From contig JAHJEV010000004.1 in NCBI GenBank assembly GCA_018825365.1, forward strand, positions 27,527 to 91,526: DNA of 64,000 nt, in the 5' to 3' direction. Source of the DNA: Patescibacteria group bacterium. GTDB taxonomy: Bacteria; Patescibacteriota; WWE3; UBA101185; UBA10185. Under the pieces are notes generated by a model. It had not been told where the DNA came from and made no database searches. It saw only the letters and a program-made list of their open reading frames with translations. Made by a program: the position numbers and the translations under genes. Positions within the stretch are counted from its first letter, which is position 1, and every line of letters starts with the position of its first letter. This document shows positions 1 through 9,055 of the stretch, in pieces.

Positions 1-14
1 AATGATCGGGGTTA

Positions 15-1037
15 TCATTCTTTGTCCTTCACAAAACTTTTCCCAAACTGCCTCACACACACGTTGAATAATTTAACATCTGAGTAAATACCTTCTTTTG
101 ATACTCTGGTATCAAATACGAGTCCCACTTCCCCACCCACAGTGTGAATATCCAACGATCCAAGAGTAGAATTTTTTATATGAAGTTTAGCGGGTGAATC
201 TAATTTAAGAGGCACAACATCTACCCGATCTTTTGCTATTTCAAAAAACCGATCTTCTCCAACGGATGTTTTTAATAGACATTCGACAGGACCCTCACAA
301 CAAATAAATGTTCCCACACTTTCAATGTACTTTTCCATATCTATATCCAAACTTTTATCATACATTTTCATTGATTGTACTAGTGGAAATGCGTTATTTC
401 GGTCGATATAAACATCGTAAACAGCAGGTTTTTTAATCATGTCCAATATCATAATGTAGTCTAGCTCTCTATTAAAAGTTCTCTGAAAGAATCTTCCTCC
501 GGAAAATAGTATCTTATTTTTGTTGTCAGTTTTCAAACCTGCGGGTATCCCAAGAATTATTTTTTTATCAATCTCACTTTGAATTGAAATATCATCTACT
601 ATAATGTGCGGGTAAATACAAAGATTTTCTAAAGTATCGCTTTGTTCATCGTAATTTTTTACTGCCAAGTCACCCTGATGGGAAGACATGAAAAACGAGT
701 TAGGAGTAACATGAGACTCCCCACTTATTACAACAGGAAAGTAGTTATCACAATCCCTAACCAAATCTTGTATGCCAACCTCAAGCTTTGGTTTTACGGA
801 AAATTCCGGTGGGTTATTGAAAGAGGAAACAACTAAATCGCATGCGGATGCTTTTGCTTGGTTGTTCGCAAGAACTGTATCCAATACACCTTGACAAAAC
901 TCCTTTTCTGAACATTGGTTTCCAAATAAACTCTCTGAGTAAACATAAGGAAAAGGAAAAATATTGATATGTTTCTTATCTTTTATAAAAAGAAAGCTCG
1001 CATTTGAGGTATCAAAGTAAGCAGCTAACGTGGGCAT
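15..1037 (-). CDS. hypothetical protein (340 aa), no confident family assignment
   Basis: Long uninterrupted ORF; coding-like composition; no diagnostic motif recognised by eye. Confidence 0.5.
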   Translation of the reverse strand: MPTLAAYFDTSNASFLFIKDKKHINIFPFPYVYSESLFGNQCSEKEFCQGVLDTVLANNQAKASACDLVVSSFNNPPEFSVKPKLEVGIQDLVRDCDNYFPVVISGESHVTPNSFFMSSHQGDLAVKNYDEQSDTLENLCIYPHIIVDDISIQSEIDKKIILGIPAGLKTDNKNKILFSGGRFFQRTFNRELDYIMILDMIKKPAVYDVYIDRNNAFPLVQSMKMYDKSLDIDMEKYIESVGTFICCEGPVECLLKTSVGEDRFFEIAKDRVDVVPLKLDSPAKLHIKNSTLGSLDIHTVGGEVGLVFDTRVSKEGIYSDVKLFNVCVRQFGKSFVKDKE

Positions 1038-1056
1038 GAATATATAATAACAAGGG

Positions 1057-1308
1057 TTAGATAGCGTGTCTATCAGTATAAGGCAAAAGCCCCATGTATC
1101 TTGCCTTCTTTATTTCTTTTGCTAGAAGCCTCTGATTTTTGGCAGTAAGACCACTATATTTTTGAGGAAGAACCTTTCCTCTTTCGTTTATAAATCTTCG
1201 CAAAACCAACACTTCCTTATAATCAGGTTTAGTGCCTGTTTCTGTGAAGTAACAGACTTTTGGTCTAAATATTCTTTCTCTTTTTCTTACAGTTTTTTCT
1301 TTCTTCAT
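1057..1308 (-). CDS. rpsR: 30S ribosomal protein S18
   Basis: 83 aa; '...LRRFINERGKVLPQKYSGLTAKNQRLLAKEIKKARYMGLLPY' matches the conserved S18 core; sits in the S6-SSB-S18 arrangement. Confidence 0.9.
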   Translation of the reverse strand: MKKEKTVRKRERIFRPKVCYFTETGTKPDYKEVLVLRRFINERGKVLPQKYSGLTAKNQRLLAKEIKKARYMGLLPYTDRHAI

Positions 1309-1364
1309 ATTTTAAAAAGGTCTCCCCCCGCACCTTTTAGGCACGGGGGCTAAATTCACTTAAG

Positions 1365-1862
1365 TTATTTCTTGGACTTTTTCTTGTCGTCCTTTTCGTC
1401 GCTGTCTAAATCTCCAAGATCCAAATCTCCAAGATCATCGAGATTTACACTTTCCTCCAGATTTGCTTCTTCTGACTCTGGGATTTCAACATCTATCATG
1501 TCTTCTTCAGTTCCTTCTTCTCCGGTTCTTTTTGGAGTCAAAATAATCATGTCGTCAATTACAACTTCTGTCTTGTATCTTTTCTTTCCGTCTTCCCCAA
1601 CCCAATCTCTGGTTTGAAGTCTTCCTTCAACAAAAACCTTGATGCCTTTTCTCAAAAGCTGACCACAGATTTCTGCTAGTTTATTCCAGGCAACGACGTT
1701 GTGGAAATCAACAGATTGTTTCTTTTCTCCTTGCGTAACCCACTCTCTATTTGTGGCGATTACGAAACTTGCTACTCCGTTCCCCTGAGGGGTATATCTC
1801 ATCTCAGGATCCCTTGTAAGGTTACCTATCAGCATTACTTTGTTTAGATTCCTAGATGCCAT
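1365..1862 (-). CDS. ssb: single-stranded DNA-binding protein
   Basis: OB-fold N-terminus 'MASRNLNKVMLIGNLTRDPEMRYTPQGNGVASF' plus acidic D/E-rich C-terminal tail; between rpsF and rpsR. Confidence 0.9.
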   Translation of the reverse strand: MASRNLNKVMLIGNLTRDPEMRYTPQGNGVASFVIATNREWVTQGEKKQSVDFHNVVAWNKLAEICGQLLRKGIKVFVEGRLQTRDWVGEDGKKRYKTEVVIDDMIILTPKRTGEEGTEEDMIDVEIPESEEANLEESVNLDDLGDLDLGDLDSDEKDDKKKSKK

Positions 1863-1885
1863 GGTGCCTCCTTGCCTCCTTCAGC

Positions 1886-2167
1886 TCATTTCTGGACAGT
1901 AACTAGATATCTCACTAAACCTGAAAGGAGGTTTAGCTTACCTTTAAATTTGGTTACTGCAGAGGGTTCGAGCTCGAAAACAATTACGTCGAAGTAACCC
2001 TCTGTATCGTGTTTAATCTCATATGAAAGTTTTCTTTTTCCCCAAAAGTTTTGGTCAAGAACTTTTCCACCACAGGAGGTGATTATCTCCTGCAACTTTG
2101 AGGAGAGATCTTTAGATCCCTGATCTCCAAGTGTTACTTTATAAATTGTCATTATCTCGTATTTCAT
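1886..2167 (-). CDS. rpsF: 30S ribosomal protein S6
   Basis: 93 aa, 'YEIMTIY...' S6-like start; conserved operon position upstream of ssb-rpsR. Confidence 0.8.
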   Translation of the reverse strand: MKYEIMTIYKVTLGDQGSKDLSSKLQEIITSCGGKVLDQNFWGKRKLSYEIKHDTEGYFDVIVFELEPSAVTKFKGKLNLLSGLVRYLVTVQK

Positions 2168-2336
2168 AACTATCTTGCTACAACGAAGTAATTATATATT
2201 ACAAACATTACCTGTAAACCCTCAAATTCTATCCTAGTTAGACTTTAGTAAATGTTTAAGTAAAGGAGTAGAAAGATGAAGCTTCCTGGGATAGTACATA
2301 AAATAAAGAAAAAAGGCAAATGCTTTATCAAATTGC

Positions 2337-3461
2337 CTAAACCGAGAAGTTAAAAAAAATCACATCACCATCTCTTACCACATACTGCTTTCCCTCAAGT
2401 CTTACTAAGCCCTTTTCCTTAGCTTTTTTATATGATTCAACAGTTTTTAAGACCTCAAAACTTATAACTTCGGCTGAAATAAAGCCCCTTTCGAAGTCTG
2501 TGTGTACCTTTCCAGCCGCCTGGGGAGCTCTCAAACCTTTTTTTATAGTCCAAGAATGAACTTCCTTAGGTTTCATAGTAAAATAACACTCAAGATCAAG
2601 CAGTTGGTAACACTTTTTGATTAATTTATCCAATCCAGCTTCCTTAATACCAAGCACAGAAAGGTAATCAACTCTCTCTTTTTCGTCAAAACTTGCAAGA
2701 TCCGCCTCTATTTTTGCGCAAATTCTGATTGTGTTTTCATTGTTATTAGGTCCTAAAACAGCAGTCTGATTACTTTTTTCCTTCAATTTATCCTCAGACA
2801 CATTTAAAACATAAATTACCGGTTTTGTAGAGAGTAAATTAAGGCTTTTTGATATTTCTTTTTCGTTTTCTGAAAAATCTGAGTCTGTTGGAAGAAGTCC
2901 TTTGTCCAGAAAGGCCTTTATCTTTTGTGCAACTTCTAGTTTTCTCGATGATTCTGGGGTCTTTGAAACCTTTACATCTTTTTCAAGGTTAGAAATCACC
3001 TTCTCTATTATTTGAAGGTCTGAAAGTATAAGTTCGGTACTTACAACTTGAGAGTCATTTATAGGATCGATAGAACCTGCTCTTATTACATTTGGATCTT
3101 CAAAGTCTCGAACAACGTGAGCTATCGCATCCACCTCTCTAATATGGCCTAAGAATTCATTTCCCAAACCCTCTCCTTGCGAGGCCCCTTTTACAAGACC
3201 GGCGATGTCATAGAATTTTATAACTGAGGGAACTACCTTTTCCGGAATTTGCTTATCAGTTCTTGGATTATCGTTTCTTACATACTGACATAAAAGTTCT
3301 ATTCTCTCGTCCGGGACATCAACAATACCTACATTTGGTTCTATGGTTGCAAAAGGATAGTTAGCAACAAGTGCTGCCTGCCTTTTTAGTAAAGCATTAA
3401 AAAGCGTTGATTTTCCAACATTCGGGAGCCCAATTATTCCTATGGAAAGGTGAGAATTCAT
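2337..3461 (-). CDS. ychF: ribosome-binding ATPase YchF (OLA1 family GTPase)
   Basis: P-loop 'GIIGLPNVGKSTLFNAL'; N-terminus 'ANYPFATIEPNVGIV'; C-terminal TGS-like domain; 374 aa. Confidence 0.9.
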   Translation of the reverse strand: MNSHLSIGIIGLPNVGKSTLFNALLKRQAALVANYPFATIEPNVGIVDVPDERIELLCQYVRNDNPRTDKQIPEKVVPSVIKFYDIAGLVKGASQGEGLGNEFLGHIREVDAIAHVVRDFEDPNVIRAGSIDPINDSQVVSTELILSDLQIIEKVISNLEKDVKVSKTPESSRKLEVAQKIKAFLDKGLLPTDSDFSENEKEISKSLNLLSTKPVIYVLNVSEDKLKEKSNQTAVLGPNNNENTIRICAKIEADLASFDEKERVDYLSVLGIKEAGLDKLIKKCYQLLDLECYFTMKPKEVHSWTIKKGLRAPQAAGKVHTDFERGFISAEVISFEVLKTVESYKKAKEKGLVRLEGKQYVVRDGDVIFFNFSV

Positions 3462-3925
3462 TTTACTTTCTCCATATCCTGTTCACATATATAAAGCCTA
3501 TCTACACCGTGTTTTTCAAGTTCTTTCCTATATTTTTCATAATATTCATGCACCTTATCGGGCAACCAGAAACTTTTTGCCAAGGAATATTTTTCTGAGG
3601 AAGATAGCGACTTATAGTAGTCCCTTTGCCCCAGGCGTAACTCGAGGGTTTCCCAAAACTCAAAATCGCTAAATTCACGAACTATTTCCTCTTCCCTTAG
3701 ACACAGAGAATTTTCCGGTAATCTGGATCCATGAAGATCTTCAATTAAGTCGTCAAATTCCAGCTCTACAGCTATATTCAACATATAACCCATGCCTTCT
3801 TCTAATTGTTTGAGTTTCTTTTTATTTTCTTCGGAAACCAATTCTCGCACAAAATCCCCAACCATGAATGTCAATAGAATTTCTGAAAATTTATTTTTTG
3901 TAATTTTATGTTTGTTAGTCATCAT
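3458..3925 (-). CDS. hypothetical protein (155 aa), overlaps start of ychF by 4 nt
   Basis: ORF translationally coupled to the flanking genes; no motif recognised. Confidence 0.45.
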   Translation of the reverse strand: MMTNKHKITKNKFSEILLTFMVGDFVRELVSEENKKKLKQLEEGMGYMLNIAVELEFDDLIEDLHGSRLPENSLCLREEEIVREFSDFEFWETLELRLGQRDYYKSLSSSEKYSLAKSFWLPDKVHEYYEKYRKELEKHGVDRLYICEQDMEKVK

Positions 3926-3942
3926 TAAAACCGAATACTACT

Positions 3943-4986
3943 CTATTCTAGAATATAAAACACATTCCTTCCTCCACCTCTTTTAGCAAGTACGTTATAC
4001 TTACAAAGAGTTTCTAACACTTGATATGCTGTTTTGTTGCTTACATTCAACAATTCCCTAACTTTTTTATTAGTGACTGAAGCATTTTTTCTGACATATT
4101 CAACTATCTTCATATGCTTTTCACCTAAAGCTATTTGGTTGAACCCCATATCTCGTGATTTACCTCCTGTTAACAGCATTATTTTCTTTCTTACAGCCTC
4201 TAAGCTTACATCTACACCCTCACAAAAGTATTCTAGCCATTCGGTTAATTCTCTTTTTGTAGAATTAACTGTCTTGAGTGCGGCGTAATAACCTGGTCTG
4301 TCTGAGTTATAAAAATCGTCCAAAGCAAAGAAACGTTTAGTATCAAAGCCACTTTTCAAAAGTATGTAAGTGGCTAGAATACGAGCCGTTCTGCCGTTAC
4401 CATCAATGAAAGGGTGTATTCTAACAAACTCGTAATGAACTATACCCGCAACTAATACCGGATTTAGTTTCTTAAAATCAATTTCGTTAATAAAATCGAG
4501 GAAGTCCTCCATAAGCTCGGGGACTTCCCTAGTAGCAGGAGGTTTGTATGTAATTTCACCTGTAAATCTATTCCCAACTATGACATATTGATTGCCATGT
4601 CTGTATTTGCCACTGTACTCAGGGTTATCCAATGTTTTTGTTGTAATCATTTTGTGAAGTTTCAAAATATCTTTATTCGTTATTTTCTCTACCATAATTA
4701 ACTTATCCAAGTATTTAAGCGCATCAAAGTAGTTTAGAACTTCTTGTCTGTCTTTTCCAAAAGCAGTTACTTCTCTACCTATTTCAAGATTGCTTACTTC
4801 TTCGTAGGAAAGACTGTTTCCTTCAATACTAGTACTGGCGTGAGCACTTCTTATTAGGGCTTCACGTCTTAGGTCCAATTCCCATTTCGGAACCAATGGC
4901 GCGTTTATAATCACTTCCCTTGCAGCACTGATTTTTGTGAGATGGTCTAGTATTAAATGTGTTATTTGATAGCGAGGTTTGAGCAT
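3943..4986 (-). CDS. Fic/DOC family protein (putative AMPylating toxin) with C-terminal winged-helix domain
   Basis: Canonical Fic motif 'HPFIDGNGRTARIL' (HPFx[DE]GNGR). Confidence 0.85.
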   Translation of the reverse strand: MLKPRYQITHLILDHLTKISAAREVIINAPLVPKWELDLRREALIRSAHASTSIEGNSLSYEEVSNLEIGREVTAFGKDRQEVLNYFDALKYLDKLIMVEKITNKDILKLHKMITTKTLDNPEYSGKYRHGNQYVIVGNRFTGEITYKPPATREVPELMEDFLDFINEIDFKKLNPVLVAGIVHYEFVRIHPFIDGNGRTARILATYILLKSGFDTKRFFALDDFYNSDRPGYYAALKTVNSTKRELTEWLEYFCEGVDVSLEAVRKKIMLLTGGKSRDMGFNQIALGEKHMKIVEYVRKNASVTNKKVRELLNVSNKTAYQVLETLCKYNVLAKRGGGRNVFYILE

Positions 4987-5287
4987 TAAGTAGATTGTAT
5001 ATTATTCATTACCTACATACAATAGTTTCTTTATGTTTCCATTACAACACATACATTACTATCATTACTCTATATTCTTCTCAATCGTTACCTACATTGC
5101 AACTTCTGAAGGTAGTGCCTTCACAATTCTTCCGTTCTCACCTCGTTCAACTATTACCCTACTCTTCAAAGGCTCGGGAAGTTCTATTTTTATTTTAAAA
5201 GGAATCCTTTTCTTGGAATTTCCGGGGAATAAATATTTCACTATGCTCAGTGATTCCCTATAGATAAGGACATGAGGTGATTATATC

Positions 5288-5653
5288 TTATATCGAATCG
5301 GAAATATGTACCTTACCAAAATAACCTAGTTTAAGAAGTTTCAAATCCTTTGTAATGAAAATGTCACAATTTGCCTCAGACGCAGAGTGTAATTGGACGT
5401 TGTCCTCAAAATCCGATGTGGGTCCCAAAACTGATTTTTTGGCTATAGAGGATGTGTAGTCTACAAAATTAAATGTGTTAAACATTTCTAATAAGCTGCT
5501 ATTGGGAACAAAACGTTTATATATGTATATCCAAATTTCTATGGAAATAGTTGACACAAATAAATCTTCTCCGTCCAACGCTTTTGCCAAGAGTTTATCT
5601 CTGCTTTCCATGAAATCTATATAAATATTTGCGTCAAGAAACACTTTGGCCAT
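5288..5653 (-). CDS. PIN-domain protein (VapC-like toxin)
   Basis: N-terminal 'KVFLDANIYIDF' acidic PIN signature; 121 aa; overlaps the upstream antitoxin-like ORF by 20 nt. Confidence 0.7.
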   Translation of the reverse strand: MAKVFLDANIYIDFMESRDKLLAKALDGEDLFVSTISIEIWIYIYKRFVPNSSLLEMFNTFNFVDYTSSIAKKSVLGPTSDFEDNVQLHSASEANCDIFITKDLKLLKLGYFGKVHISDSI

Positions 5654-5903
5654 ATTTCTCTTTCAAATGTTTTGCATAAATCTTTTCCCTTTCCTCATAT
5701 GTATACTGAACCTTTGAAGGTGGGACAGCTTTATGTAGTTTATTTAGTTGTTTAAGCGAGAATATTTTATTACTTTCTTCATAAGGCCCTACTACCCCTA
5801 TAACCTTCGATCTATGTAGTAGGTATGTGTTTTCCCCTCTTTTCAAAGAATCCCTCAATGCCGAGGATTTCTTCCTTAATTCTGTAGTAGAAATGTAGTT
5901 CAT
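5634..5903 (-). CDS. antitoxin-like protein (Phd/YefM-type) partner of the PIN protein
   Basis: 89 aa; 'ISTTELRKKSSALRDSLKRGENTYLLHRSKVIGVVGPYEE' resembles Phd/YefM antitoxin N-terminus; operon position 5' of the PIN gene. Confidence 0.55.
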   Translation of the reverse strand: MNYISTTELRKKSSALRDSLKRGENTYLLHRSKVIGVVGPYEESNKIFSLKQLNKLHKAVPPSKVQYTYEEREKIYAKHLKEKYGQSVS

Positions 5904-5909
5904 AGTTGG

Positions 5910-5948
5910 ATTTTATGTACATTTAAGTGTACTGTCAAGAGTACACTT
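5910..5948 (-). promoter_or_regulatory. consensus sigma70 promoter (minus strand TTGACA-17-TAAAAT) overlapped by a perfect 10-bp inverted repeat, likely TA-operon operator
   Basis: Plus-strand 'TAAGTGTACT gtcaag AGTACACTTA'; on the minus strand -35 TTGACA (5933-5938), 17-nt spacer, -10 TAAAAT (5910-5915), immediately upstream of the antitoxin start at 5903. Confidence 0.55.
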
Positions 5949-6096
5949 AGATTAATTTCGTAGTATTCATTACCTAAATGACCGGCCCACCGGCTTAGTT
6001 TTTACTATTTCTCCCCTTTCGATCATCTCAACAATAATCCTTTCTTTCAAAGACTAGAGCAATTTAATCGAAAAATGGAACTGAACTTTTTTAATA

Positions 6097-6393
6097 TTAC
6101 TGTCTATACTTTGCCTTGTATTTTTCCGACGCATCTTCTCTCACTCTATCAGCCAGGTAAATCTTAATAAGAGATTGATATGGTATGTCTAGTGCGTTTG
6201 CTTTTTCTTTCACCCTGCGCAAAATATGCTCCGGGATCCTAATAGAAACAGGTTTGGAGGTGGACTTGAGATTTGGAAAACTCGCAGGTTCTAGATCCGA
6301 AGCATTAATGTATTCGGAAAGATTAATCTTTGACCAAAATTCTCTTTCTTGATCTTCATTTTCAAATTTAGGTACTTTTATCTGTTTTTTCAT
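6097..6393 (-). CDS. brnA: BrnA antitoxin (CopG/RHH-like, BrnA family)
   Basis: 98 aa; 'EDQEREFWSKINLSEYINASDLEP...' typical of BrnA; 4-nt overlap with upstream BrnT. Confidence 0.75.
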   Translation of the reverse strand: MKKQIKVPKFENEDQEREFWSKINLSEYINASDLEPASFPNLKSTSKPVSIRIPEHILRRVKEKANALDIPYQSLIKIYLADRVREDASEKYKAKYRQ

Positions 6394-6674
6394 AAGTACA
6401 AACCTTCTTCCTTTTTGTTTAGATCACTCGCGGAAATAACTCTTACTTTGTTATTTCTCAAGGTAAAAACAATAAATAACACCCTATCAAATAATGTTTT
6501 TCCAATTAACAAATAGCGCTCTTCTTTTCCAGAATGAAACATATCTTTTACTACCTTTATCCTGTGACCAAAAAACACCTCCTCAATCTCTTCATTTGCG
6601 ACGTCATGCCCTTTCAGGTTTTTATCTATATTTCCCTTATCCCATTGGAATTCTATTGGTGAAGATAGGATCAC
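6390..6674 (-). CDS. brnT: BrnT toxin (DUF497 ribonuclease toxin)
   Basis: 94 aa; 'FQWDKGNIDKNLKGHDVANEEIEEVF...RVISASDLNKKEEGLY' matches the BrnT/DUF497 pattern (FEWDxxKxxxNxxKHGVxFEEA ... RIISARxAxxxE). Confidence 0.8.
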   Translation of the reverse strand: MILSSPIEFQWDKGNIDKNLKGHDVANEEIEEVFFGHRIKVVKDMFHSGKEERYLLIGKTLFDRVLFIVFTLRNNKVRVISASDLNKKEEGLYL

Positions 6675-6951
6675 GGTTACAATTGTATATACTAGACACT
6701 ACGTTGTCAATAGCAGGGGGTTCAATTTTAATTTGGAGTTTAGAGAAAATAGGTTTCCTAGAAACACAGGAAAATAATGCTAAACACCTAGCCCAGCTAA
6801 TAAACTCCCTCTCGCAATTTATATTTACTTTAGATATAATCCCTGTGCAATGTGGATTTTTACTCTTTAACTCAATATTAAATAGAAACCGTTAGCTCGG
6901 TTTTCTTTCGTATCATTTTTCTTAAAAAGTTAATATATTTGAAAGGATTCT

Positions 6952-8013
6952 ATGAAGGTCATTAGTCGTATAAAAACAATTGAAAATATCTTGAATAAGA
7001 TGAACGCACCACCCTACCGCAAAAGGCAGGTCTATGAGGGTATTTACAGACAACATTTGGAAACATTCAGTGATCTTACATCTGTACCGAAAGATTTAAG
7101 GGCTGCTCTTGCACAAAAACTCGGCGAGAGAGTTTTGTGTCTCACAAGTATTTGTGAAACTCAAGATAATCAAGCAGACAAAGTACTATTTGAAACACAG
7201 GATAAAAACAAAATAGAGGCTGTACTGATGACGTTTAAACCAAACGAGGAACGTACAGAAGATCACCAGTCCCTTTGCGTATCATCCCAATCCGGGTGTG
7301 CTTTGGGCTGCAGGTTTTGTGCCACGGGGGCAGTAGGATTCAAAAAGAACCTTTCGGCAGATGAGATTACAGACCAAGTATTATATTTCTTACAACAAGG
7401 CAAAGTCGTTAACAACGTCTCTTTCATGGGTATGGGCGAGCCTTTTGCCAATCCAAATCTCTTTGACGCGCTAAAGATCTTAACAGATAAGGACAAGCTA
7501 GGGTACGGGCAGCGGCATATCAGTATTTCCACAGTCGGTATAGTCCCCGGAATTCAAAGGCTACAAAAAGAGTTTCCGGGAGTTAGTCTGGCTTTTTCTT
7601 TGCACTCACCTTTTCCAAAGCAAAGACTTCAACTCATGCCTGTAACAAAAATACACCCAATAGATGCTGTCATGAAAGCGTTAAAAGATTTTGTCAACGA
7701 GACAAACAAAAAGGTTTTTATCGCCTATGTTCTTCTTGAAAATGTGAACGATTCTATCGACCACGCAAAGGAGATTGCCCATTTAATTAAAAATCAAGGT
7801 GATAAGCATTATCTGTACCATGTCAACCTGATACGGTTTAATCCGGGTTCTACCTTCGGGTTGTTTAAAAAACCATCTACGGCAAGAGTGAGTACTTTTA
7901 GAAAGGCATTAGACCGCTACGGCATTAAAAACACCCTAAGGCAGGGTTTTGGTGTAAAGATTAATGCAGCCTGTGGACAACTTTACGCTAATTATGAAAG
8001 GGCAGTTAAATGA
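6952..8013 (+). CDS. rlmN: 23S rRNA (adenine2503-C2)-methyltransferase RlmN (radical SAM)
   Basis: 'SSQSGCALGCRFCATG' radical-SAM CxxxCxxC cluster plus RlmN/Cfr family overall pattern; 353 aa. Confidence 0.9.
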   Translation: MKVISRIKTIENILNKMNAPPYRKRQVYEGIYRQHLETFSDLTSVPKDLRAALAQKLGERVLCLTSICETQDNQADKVLFETQDKNKIEAVLMTFKPNEERTEDHQSLCVSSQSGCALGCRFCATGAVGFKKNLSADEITDQVLYFLQQGKVVNNVSFMGMGEPFANPNLFDALKILTDKDKLGYGQRHISISTVGIVPGIQRLQKEFPGVSLAFSLHSPFPKQRLQLMPVTKIHPIDAVMKALKDFVNETNKKVFIAYVLLENVNDSIDHAKEIAHLIKNQGDKHYLYHVNLIRFNPGSTFGLFKKPSTARVSTFRKALDRYGIKNTLRQGFGVKINAACGQLYANYERAVK

Positions 8014-8570
8014 GAATTAACCAAATCCTCAATTTCCTCTTTCAACCCCTTGTTATGTGGAGTTTCCAAAACATAATTATAGTCGTTTTGTAACTCACTT
8101 TTTGATCTTATACTTTTCTTACCCACGACTTTCATCCCAAGTGTTTCACAAAAATGAACAACGTTGTTTGTACATCTATCTATGTACTTTGGCTCATCGG
8201 CACCGACGCACATAACTATAGCTTTCTTCTTACTAAACTCGTTCTGCTTGTTTGCAGTAAAAAAAACACTGCATCTATCCATAAAGTTTTTGAATATCCC
8301 CGGAGGCATGCCAAAGTAGTTTGGGGATACAAAAACAAATCCGTCCGCCGCCTCCATTTTCTCCATTATTTCCACCATGTCATCTTTTTGTTGGCATTCA
8401 AGGTTTTTATTACAATATTCAACACATCCCTTGCAGTGACCGACATTTCTTTTTCTCAAAAGAATCACCTCATTTTCTATTCCCTTTTCTTTAAGAAAAG
8501 ATTGGATAAACAAGACTAGAGTTTCGGAATTACCTTTCCTTGGACTCCCACAGATGCTTAAAATTTTCAC
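7992..8570 (-). CDS. NADPH-dependent FMN reductase-like / iron-sulfur flavoprotein
   Basis: 'MKILSICGSPRKGNSETL' flavodoxin-like NADPH-FMN reductase N-terminus; Cys cluster 'CKGCVEYC'. Confidence 0.7.
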   Translation of the reverse strand: MKILSICGSPRKGNSETLVLFIQSFLKEKGIENEVILLRKRNVGHCKGCVEYCNKNLECQQKDDMVEIMEKMEAADGFVFVSPNYFGMPPGIFKNFMDRCSVFFTANKQNEFSKKKAIVMCVGADEPKYIDRCTNNVVHFCETLGMKVVGKKSIRSKSELQNDYNYVLETPHNKGLKEEIEDLVNSHLTALS

Positions 8571-8891
8571 AGGAATATTTTACCACTACAGAAGGGGAAA
8601 TGGGGAGAATTGTCTATACGCCGTGGTATTTTCTATTTTAAATAGATGCACTAAATAAGCTTTGGGATATTTGGTTTAGTTAGTACATGTACTCCATTTT
8701 ACTGGTTCATGTACCAACAGGGTATGATCACCCAAACAATCGCACCTTTACAAAGCTCTAAAAATATATTACTATCGTACAGTTATGCAAAAAGTGCTTA
8801 GCAGATGGTTTCATAGATATTTTAAACCTACCGAATCGGCGGGAGTGTCGTCTGTAGTCTAATTAAGCACATTTATATCTGAGATCCAGGC

Positions 8892-8918
8892 AACCCGCTG
8901 AAAAAGGCGGGTTTTTTA
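8892..8918 (+). terminator. rho-independent terminator (AACCCGC-tgaaaaag-GCGGGTT + T6) in an ORF-free 480-nt intergenic region
   Basis: Perfect 7-bp stem, 8-nt loop, TTTTTT tract; a weak possible promoter (TTACTG-18-TATGAT) lies about 170 nt upstream; no ORF of 60 aa or more. Confidence 0.6.
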
Positions 8919-9055
8919 GTTGTCTTAAGAAGGTTTACTGGGATTTGAGCGCTATGAAGCAAATACTTTTATAAAGCTCAAAACCGGGTAAATCTAAACA
9001 GAAACCGGACTGTACCCGAATTAATCCGGCAGCACTTTAAAAAAATGGAGAAAAA

